Positions 56,588 to 64,000 of a stretch of DNA of 64,000 nt are shown one piece after another; the first letter of the stretch is position 1, and each line of letters starts with the position of its first letter. The notes under the pieces were generated by a model. That model ran no database searches. It was not told the origin of the DNA and saw nothing but the letters and a program-made list of their open reading frames with translations. Source of the stretch: Candidatus Marinacidobacterales bacterium (lineage in GTDB: Bacteria > Acidobacteriota > Vicinamibacteria > Marinacidobacterales > DATDRI01). A program made the translations under genes and the position numbers. The stretch lies in NCBI GenBank assembly GCA_965226495.1, contig OZ245365.1, forward strand, positions 5,536,001 through 5,600,000. The letters are read 5' to 3'.

Positions 56588-57966
56588 CCTCCATGGGTCG
56601 TCGACCGCCTTCAATTCAAGCAAGACTACATCGGCTACCTGGATCGTCGCCGTACGCATCTCTACGTTTTGAACGTCGACACCGGAAAGCAAACGCAGCT
56701 TACCTTCGGCGACTACGACGACTCGCAGCCTGCCTGGTCGCCCGACGGCCAGCGGATCGCGTTTGTGAGCAACCGCACCGAAGAACCCGACATCAACTAC
56801 AACACCGACATATGGGTCGTGGATGTCGACCGCCCGGCCGAGCCTGCCAAGCCTGCTAAAGAAGGCAAGCTCACCCAGATCACAACCAACCCCGGACCCG
56901 ATCGCTCGCCGGCTTGGAGCCCCGATGGCCAGTCCATCTATTTTCTTCTCGAGGATAGTGGCGAATTGAACCTGGCGAGCATTTCGGCCGGTGGAGGTTC
57001 GGTGGCGCGTATCGTCCAATGACCTCGCGTCGTCAACACGTACTCTCTAGGGGCGAGGCGGGGCAGTCGTCGCGCTCGTCAGCGAGACTCATTTCACACC
57101 AGAGGTGTTCACACTCAAGGACGGGAAACTCGAGCAGATCACCCACGCCAACCGCGACCTTTTGGCCGAAGTTCGCCTTGGCGAAACCGAGAACATCCAC
57201 TTCAAGAGCAAAGACGGTACCCACATCGAGGGCTTTATTACCAAACCTCCCGACTTTCAGCAGGGCACGCGTTATCCCACACTTCTTCGCATCCACGGGG
57301 GGCCGATTTCGCAATACGATTTTGGATTCAGTTTCGACGCACAGCTCTTCGCGGCCAACGGCTATGTCGTGGTCCGAACCAATCCGCGAGGGATCCTCGG
57401 GCTATGGTCAGACCTTCTCGCTCGGAATCTGGCAGAGCTGGGGGGAGAAAGATTCTGAGGATGTGCTAGCAGGTGTTGACTACGCGATCGAGCAGGGCTA
57501 CGCCGATCCTGAACGGCTCGGTGTCGGGGGTTGGTCGTACGGCGGCATTCTGACCAACCACGTCATTACCCGAACCGATCGGTGCAAGACGGCGATCACC
57601 GGAGCCAGCGAGACCCTTTACATCGTCAACTACGGGCACGACATTTATCAGCGGTGGTGGGAGCGCGAGCTAGGACTTCCTTGAAAGAACCGGGAACTGT
57701 GGGAGAAGATGTCTCCGTTCAACAACGTCGAGAAAATCGTCACCCCCACCCTCATCATGGGCGGCGAGAAGGACTGGAACGTGCCCATCAACAACTCCGA
57801 GCTTCTCTACCAAGCGCTGCGCCGACTCGGCCGCACCACGGAACTCGTGGTCTATCCGAATCAGTACCACGGCCTGAGCGTACCGTCGTACCAGAAGGAT
57901 CGATTCGAACGTTACCTGAATTGGTACGGCAAGTACGTAAAAGGAGAAGACGAAGCTACCAACTAG
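56588..57966 (+). pseudogene. S9 peptidase remnant (no N-terminus, deletions, frameshifts, TGA at 57682)
   Basis: PWVVDRLQFKQD, PAWSPDG x2, IHGGP, NPR/GSSGYG, GGWSYGG, LP*KNRELW, GGEKDWNVP, YPNQYHG. Confidence 0.8.
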
Positions 57967-57981
57967 GAATGGAAAAAATAG

Positions 57982-58013
57982 AGGGGAGCATCCTGAGCGG
58001 ATGCTCCCCTTTT
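57982..58013 (+). terminator. rho-independent terminator between convergent genes
   Basis: Perfect 12-bp stem AGGGGAGCATCC-TGAGC-GGATGCTCCCCT followed by TTT; an A-run upstream suggests it works in both directions. Confidence 0.8.
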
Positions 58014-58026
58014 CTGTCTTGCTAGA

Positions 58027-58515
58027 CTATTCTTCTTCAGTACTCGGCGGAACCATCGGTATTCGACTAAGACCGGCCTCGTACAGCCACTCGCCGTCTT
58101 TCTTCCCCAAGACTACGGTGTACAAACCCTCCATCGGTGGTCCTCCTTCAGCGTCCGGAAGACCACTCATCGTCCATACACCATCGCCAATAGCAACGTT
58201 GGGTCGGATGAAGCGAATGGAGAGCTGCTCGAATTCGAGTTGAGCGCCTTCGGGCAAGTCGGCAAACGCTTTTGCTTCCTCTTCCTCGATCGCCATACGC
58301 CCGCTGATGATCTCGCCCGTGACACTAACGCCAGAGGCATCCTCTGTATAGAGTGCACCGATGGACTTCGCATCGCGGTTGCTCCAGGCTTCCCGGTAGC
58401 GGTCATCCAACTGGGCAATGGCTTCCTCGTCCGCTGCGGTGTCCTGAGCAACAATAACACTACCCAACGACACGAGGAGCCCCAAGACTGTTATCACTGA
58501 AAAGAAAATGCGCAT
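58027..58515 (-). CDS. exported NTF2-like (SgcJ/EcaC, DUF4440) protein
   Basis: Signal peptide, EAWSNRDAKSIGALYTEDA, SGRMAI, IRFIRPNVAI, KKDGEWL. Confidence 0.8.
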   Translation of the reverse strand: MRIFFSVITVLGLLVSLGSVIVAQDTAADEEAIAQLDDRYREAWSNRDAKSIGALYTEDASGVSVTGEIISGRMAIEEEEAKAFADLPEGAQLEFEQLSIRFIRPNVAIGDGVWTMSGLPDAEGGPPMEGLYTVVLGKKDGEWLYEAGLSRIPMVPPSTEEE

Positions 58516-58558
58516 CGCTATCCCTCCTTAAATGGGATCTATTCTTAGAAATCGAGAC

Positions 58559-59080
58559 TTATGTCGTGCCGGGAGCCTTGACCGGGAACCAGGAGCGGAG
58601 ACTGGTGATGAGCCACTGGTCTCCTTCTTGGACGAGGATATTGGTGTACAAGCCTTTTTGCGCTGGCATCTCCTCACCCTCGGCGCCCGCAATACCCGAG
58701 ACCTCGAAACTACCGTGGACAAGGGCAACGCCCTCATCCAACTCGCGGAGGTTAGTCGTATGGATCGAGACGGTAGTCCCCGAGTAGATGGTCTCGAACA
58801 ACATGGCGTACCGTTTAGCTATCTCCTCACGACCGGAGTACATCTCACCGTCCGGCCCGGAACTGTCAGCATCTGCGGTGTACTGAGCCGCGACTGCGGC
58901 GGCGTCCCCGGCGTTCCATGCAACCTCGAAAGCCTCAATGATCGCCTGCTGGCCCGCTTCGACGGAAGACTCCATCGATTCTTTGGCTGGGGCCTCCTCG
59001 GTGGCCTGCTCTGCCGCCGGCTGGCAGCCTATCAAAACGGCGACGGCCGCAAAAGTGACGAAAAAGAATAGTTTATGCAT
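58559..59080 (-). CDS. NTF2-like (DUF4440) lipoprotein, paralog of its neighbour
   Basis: VLIGC lipobox, AWNAGDAAAVAAQYTADA, SGREEI, EGDQWLI. GGAGG RBS. Confidence 0.8.
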   Translation of the reverse strand: MHKLFFFVTFAAVAVLIGCQPAAEQATEEAPAKESMESSVEAGQQAIIEAFEVAWNAGDAAAVAAQYTADADSSGPDGEMYSGREEIAKRYAMLFETIYSGTTVSIHTTNLRELDEGVALVHGSFEVSGIAGAEGEEMPAQKGLYTNILVQEGDQWLITSLRSWFPVKAPGTT

Positions 59081-59604
59081 AGTCCCTCCTTCTTTGGGGG
59101 CGAAACGTCCCCCTAACCCCGCATTGGCGGGTTGACTCTATGCCCCCGTCACCTCCAAGTCAACTGCCTGAGATCACGGAAAAGAACCTTGATGAGCATG
59201 GATGTGCAGATTTTCACGGAAACGCCGCGAAATACCCAGCTCAGCCGATAGCCCGCGAGCGCACCGACAGGCGCTCTCATCTATAACAGTTCGCCCCCAT
59301 GCCGGTCGAAGCCGAGCTCGCCGGTTCGAGCTTCGGGGGTCATTTCCTCAAGGTGAAATGGATCGGCGTCAACATGCGGATGGAACTTCAGATCGAAGGG
59401 CAATTCATCGTCACGCCGCCAGTCCGCTCCGTCGAGATCGACTCCAGCCTTCCGGGCCCGTTTTAGTTTCCCGCCGGAATCTCGAAGCTGTCTCCCTGCT
59501 TGGGCGAGATACAATCCCGGCAATCCGACACTTCTTCACTCGGCTGGTGGTGGTAGATCACTTTTCTATCACCGGGCAACTGCCTTCCCGCCCGCATCGT
59601 CTCA

Positions 59605-60432
59605 TCAGCATTTCGCCAGAACACCGCCATCGGCGACGAGATCGATTCCAGTGATAAAGCTAGCTTGATCGGCAAGCAGAAACAGAGTCGCAAAGGAAAT
59701 ATCTTCGGGTTGGCCGACCCGACCCAATGGTGTCCGGGACGCCATGGCCTCGATTCTCTCGGGATCTCGATAGATCTCATCGGTCATGGGGGTTTGCACA
59801 GCACCCGGACAGACCGTGTTGGATCGAATCTTATAGGGCGCATACTGAATGGCCAAGGACCGGCTCAGAGAAATGAGTGCCGCCTTGGACATCTGGTAGG
59901 CATCCAAAGCGCCGCCTTCGGAAATATTCTCCATATTATGAAGACCGGTGATGCTGGCGATATGAACCATCGCCCCTCCATACTTCAACATGTGTGGAAG
60001 ACACGCCTTTGTAGAAAGGATGGCACCAAAAAGATTGACCTGCAGCGTACGTTTCAACACTTCCATGTCGCGTCCCAAAATACCGCCATCGCGATCGAGA
60101 AGGGCCACCCCGGCAGCGTTCACTAGGTAGCGCGGCGGGCCGAGTGCGTCGGTGACTTGCTGAACCGAGTCGGCGACGAAGTTGGCATCTGTGATGTCAC
60201 CACGGTAATAGTGTCGTCCTTCGTTAGTCTCGGCGAATGGATGCGGCTTCTTGTCCAGTATCGCGACCGACACACTCGACCGACGCAGATCGGTGGCGAT
60301 GCAACAGCCGATTCCTCCCGCGCCGCCGGTGACGACGGCGACTTTGCCGGAAAATGTTGGTTTCACGTCATCGGCTCCTACGTTCACTCTACTCTTCCAC
60401 GTCACCGGAAACGAGAGTCGCGAACGCGGCAC
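59605..60432 (-). CDS. short-chain dehydrogenase/reductase (true start probably near 60385-60370)
   Basis: VVTGGAGGIG, VNAAGV, YQMSK, VCPG, FITG...DGG. Confidence 0.9.
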   Translation of the reverse strand: MPRSRLSFPVTWKSRVNVGADDVKPTFSGKVAVVTGGAGGIGCCIATDLRRSSVSVAILDKKPHPFAETNEGRHYYRGDITDANFVADSVQQVTDALGPPRYLVNAAGVALLDRDGGILGRDMEVLKRTLQVNLFGAILSTKACLPHMLKYGGAMVHIASITGLHNMENISEGGALDAYQMSKAALISLSRSLAIQYAPYKIRSNTVCPGAVQTPMTDEIYRDPERIEAMASRTPLGRVGQPEDISFATLFLLADQASFITGIDLVADGGVLAKC

Positions 60433-61249
60433 GCAGCAAATGTTGGCGGTCCTCCGGCACCAAGGTGGATAATCGGAGGGGTTGATCCGGTCTCCGAACG
60501 CGCAGGTGGGAAGACTCTTCTAGGCTCGTCGTTCCGTCGAGACACTCCGCTACGACCCGCACCGCATCGGCAGGATCCGCGAAACGCGATCGCAAAGCCG
60601 GGTCCTGCTTCCACTGGTGAAGAAACTCCGTCCAACGTTCTTCCACGAAGCGCGTCTCGCTCTCTCCTAGAAGTGCAAAGAGCCGGGCAGCTTGCCTTTC
60701 GAACCTACCAAGCGCCTTGTACGGAAGAGTTCGCCCTAAGATCCGAGAGTAACCACCGAGTAACGCCTCGATGGACGCTACCTTCAGCGGAACGAGCCAG
60801 GAATCCATGACTCGCTTTAGCTTCGCCTGCCGATCGTGGTCAACTAGCTCCGACAGGGGTGGCTCTCCATCCGGCTCGTAGCTCAGAAAAGTGTGGCTCC
60901 CCAACGCCTCGATCACGTCGGAGAGAAAATCCGACGGCCGATAGTATTTGTTGGTCAGACAGAGATTCACGCTGGAGTTGGCGATAGCCTCGAGCTCGGC
61001 GGTCTCGGCGGCATTGCCCAAGTTGAACAACCGGTCCAACTGGGAGCGGAACGAGCCCGCATCGGCGTACGATTGGCGCACCTCGGCGTCCTGACCCGTT
61101 CCATGCCGGTAGTGACGGAGGCTCCGTTGAATCTCCCGCTGGTGGTACCACTGTCGCGTCTTCGCGGCGAGCTTCTGGACAATCTTCAAAGACCTGACTT
61201 TCGCCCTTCTACCAACCGAACTATAGTAGGCAGCCTCGTCGAGAAACAA
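60389..61249 (-). CDS. hypothetical protein, possibly truncated at the N-terminus
   Basis: 286-aa ORF with protein-like composition, co-oriented with the SDR. No convincing start or RBS and no recognised motif. Confidence 0.5.
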   Translation of the reverse strand: MFLDEAAYYSSVGRRAKVRSLKIVQKLAAKTRQWYHQREIQRSLRHYRHGTGQDAEVRQSYADAGSFRSQLDRLFNLGNAAETAELEAIANSSVNLCLTNKYYRPSDFLSDVIEALGSHTFLSYEPDGEPPLSELVDHDRQAKLKRVMDSWLVPLKVASIEALLGGYSRILGRTLPYKALGRFERQAARLFALLGESETRFVEERWTEFLHQWKQDPALRSRFADPADAVRVVAECLDGTTSLEESSHLRVRRPDQPLRLSTLVPEDRQHLLRAAFATLVSGDVEE

Positions 61250-61276
61250 GCGAGGGATTAAATAGGGAGGAAGGTC

Positions 61277-62107
61277 ATGAAATCAGCTCTTGTGTCCTTG
61301 CTTTTCTTGCTCGCTTCTTCGACGCTCGGGCCCAACTCATCGGAGCAAAGAAGGGCCCCGTCGCCATGGGCCACCATCATTTCTTCGTGACCGACGTCGA
61401 TGCCCACCTGAAACTGTGGACGGAGCTTCTCGGCGCAGAGCCGGTCAAGCTGGCCGAGTACAATGTCTTGAGGCTCCCGAATCTCATCATTTTTATCACC
61501 GAGAACCCACCCGCGGGCGGCACCAAGGGCACCATCGTGAACCACATAGGATTGCAGGTGCGAGAGCTCCGGCCGCTGATCGCGAAGCTGAAGGCGGCCG
61601 GTGCCGATGTAGCGACCAAGAGAGAGGTCCCTGCGGCCGAAGACGACGTCTTCTATTTCGAGGATACCGACTCCTACCTCGCCTTCGTGATGGGCCCGGA
61701 CCACACGAAGGTGGAGCTCGTCGAGAACCGGGCGCTCGACGCCCCCATCGCCAATCACCACATTCACTTCTCCACCCCCGAGGTGGACGAGATGAAGGAC
61801 TGGTACGTCCGGCTCTTCGGTGCAACACCCGGCAAACGCGGTAAGTGGGAGGCTGCCGATCTACCCGGCGTCAACCTAACATTCACCGCCACGAAAGAAC
61901 CGGTGGTGGGCATTCAGGGCCGCGTACTCAATCACATCGGCTTCGAGGTTCAGAACCTCGAGTCTTTTTGTAAGAAGCTAGAGAGCATGGGCGTGAAGTT
62001 CGATCGTCCCTACCGCGAGATCCCCGAGCTGGGCGTCGGCTTGGCCTTCTTGACCGACCCTTGGGGGAACATACATCGAGCTTACTGAAGGGCTCGACGA
62101 ACTCTAG
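61277..62107 (+). pseudogene. exported VOC/glyoxalase-family multi-domain protein, frameshifted near both ends
   Basis: GGAGG RBS, MKSALVSLLFLL / MGHHHF...NHIGLQV...KVELVE...HHIHF...NHIGFEV...FLTDPWG / TYIELTEGL. Confidence 0.8.
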
Positions 62108-62116
62108 GGTATCGTC

Positions 62117-63613
62117 ATGTCAATCCAAACATCGGTCGCCTTCTTTGGAATTCTCTTCGCCCTTGGTCCAGGAGGCAGCTCGCAAATAGCCAAACACCTC
62201 CCGCCTTTCATCCCAGCCAGCCAGAGCTCTTTCTCGAGCCGGGGGCCCTGACCAATGCCGACTTCGACGGAGACGGCGACCTCGACCTCTTCGTCGGCTT
62301 CCGCATCGGTCACGTCAATCGCATGTATCGGAATGACGGCGGTCGCTTCGACGATGTCGCCGCCGAGATCGGTCTCAACGATGTCGCCGAGAGCCGTGCT
62401 GCCGCCTGGGGAGACTACGACGGTGACGGTCACCTCGATCTCTTCGTCGGCTTCGCGCGCGGAACGACTAGCAAGAACCGGCTCTATCGCAACGAGGGTA
62501 ACGGGAAGCGCTTCACCGATGTCGCCCCCACGTTGGGGTTAGACCTCGTCGGAACGACTCGCCAGGTCACTTGGGTGGACTTCGACAACGACGGCGATGT
62601 CGATCTATTCATCGCCTTCCGTGATCTTCCGAACGTATTGATGAGAAACGATGGGGGTCGGTTCACGGATATCTCCAAGGAGCTCGGGATCGACGACCCG
62701 AGGAAAACGGTCGGCGCTGTTTGGTTCGATTTCGACGAGGACGGGGACCTCGATCTTTTCGTCGCCAACATGGATGGCACCGCCAACGCTCTGTTCCGCA
62801 ACGAAGGGACGCATTTCGAGGATCGCGCCGCCGAGCTCGGCCTGGCCGGTGGTGGCCGGCCGCTGGGCCAAGCCGAGTACGGAAGCGTCCGGGCCTGCGT
62901 GGTCGACTTCGATACCGACGGGGATCTGGATCTTTTCGTCGCCAACTACGGCCCCAACGCGCTCTATCGAAATGAGGGCGGCGGCAACTTCGTCAACGTC
63001 GCACCGGAGATGGGGTTGGCCATCGACAGTCGCTACGACTCTTGTGCCTGGGGCGACTACGACAACGACGGGCGGCCCGATCTCTATGCCAACGGAACGG
63101 TGAGCCGGTTATTGAACTATCGGGACTACCTATTTCACAACCAGGGGGATTTCTTCGTCAACGTAACTCCCCCAATCGTTCTACACCAAGAATCGGATCA
63201 CGGTGTCCAATGGGCGGATGTCGATGGTGACGGTGACCTCGATCTCGCCATTACCGGCGCCAACCACTACCTGTTACTCAATCTGTTACGACCGGATAGG
63301 GCGCGCCGATCCATGCAGGTTCTGGTGACGATGCCGAAGGCCACTATACGCGCGCCGGCGCGGAGGTGCGCATTTATGGATCGCGGAACGGCAAGCTACT
63401 GGGCACCGGAATAATGGACACCGGCTCAGGGTATAACTCGCAAAACGCGATGCCCCTTCATTTCGGTTTGTCGGAAGGCGGGCCAGTCGACGTCGAGATC
63501 GCATCGATGACCCGCGACGGGAGGACGATCGATCGAGTGAAGGATGTGGACCGGAAGCTCTCGCCAACCGCCCTCTGGTGGTGAAAGTCGGACTAGACGG
63601 TCACCTCCGCTAA
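62117..63613 (+). pseudogene. CRTAC1-family FG-GAP/ASPIC-UnbV protein with several frameshifts
   Basis: Repeated DFDxDGDLDLFV and LYRNEG motifs; the C-terminal GSGYNSQNAMPLHFGL lies in a different frame. Confidence 0.8.
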
Positions 63614-64000
63614 TTATTCGATGCGCAGCGCGACCAGCGGGTCCACGCGAGAAGCGCGGTACGCCGGAGCGTAGCACGCGACGAGTGCGATCAGCGTTAA
63701 CAAGGCGGCGGCCCCTGCAAAGCTCAACGGGTCGGCCGGACTCACTTCGTAGAGAAGCGTTCCGAGTGACCTCGCCAAGACAAGTGACATGGCGAGCCCT
63801 GCCACCGCACCCACCACGACTAGCTTCATTCCCTGCGCCAGCACCCTCGCCCGAACTTGGCCGGGTCCTTCACCAAGCGCCATTCGAATCCCGATTTCTC
63901 GCGTCTGCCGGCCGACGTAATAGGAAATGACGCCGAAGATGCCGAGCGAGGTGAGGAGCAGCGCCGCGGCCCCAAAAATTCCCATCAGGGCGAGAGAGAA
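63614..64000 (-). CDS. ABC permease (ADOP-type), 3' part only
   Basis: GIFGVISY, REIGIRMALG, RASRVDPLVALR. Runs off the window. Confidence 0.9.
   Translation of the reverse strand, partial: FSLALMGIFGAAALLLTSLGIFGVISYYVGRQTREIGIRMALGEGPGQVRARVLAQGMKLVVVGAVAGLAMSLVLARSLGTLLYEVSPADPLSFAGAAALLTLIALVACYAPAYRASRVDPLVALRIE

Noticed and set aside
10555-57684. Stop-codon reassignment or programmed readthrough (TGA=Trp at 57682, TAG at 39894, TAA at 10555)
   Set aside because: All three stop types appear once each, in genes that carry other lesions, and all three are used as normal terminators elsewhere in the window.
62260-63260. Nucleotide repeats GACTTCGAC..GACGG.GAC as a repeat element
   Set aside because: They encode FG-GAP calcium-binding motifs of the CRTAC1-like protein.

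Overview
About 60% GC bacterial chromosomal DNA. The gene content (ADOP-type orphan ABC permeases, an Oar-like TonB receptor, CRTAC1/FG-GAP proteins, a TPR-sulfatase, a BlaI/M56 pair) suggests Acidobacteriota, possibly Vicinamibacteria-like; this is inference. From left to right: partial carA, a thiO-like oxidase, a rhomboid, a SWIM+SNF2 pair, tRNA-Ser(CGA) and tadA. Next come a BlaI/M56-HEAT/M1-peptidase/permease operon with three operator boxes, an ArsR-SRPBCC gene, and a TonB receptor cleanly interrupted by an IS30 element (17343-18420, GCT duplication). A hutF-hutI-def operon follows, with a peptide deformylase where hutG would be expected, then a decayed amidase/guanidino-catabolism patch. 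About 21 kb (35.1-55.9 kb) looks like a methyl-group/C1-folate catabolic island: IclR, metF remnant, Ccr-like reductase, Na+/solute symporter, two GcvT-family proteins, acyl-CoA ligase, DUF1326/DUF2182, a Tat flavo-oxidase, a Rieske oxygenase, fhs and two phytoene-dehydrogenase-like flavoproteins. Many genes are broken by frameshifts, nonsense codons and large deletions that fuse unrelated genes. A dispersed GGGGTGGGGCCCC repeat family occurs four times. No CRISPR array, rRNA or prophage was seen. All family assignments come from motif recognition by eye, not database searches.
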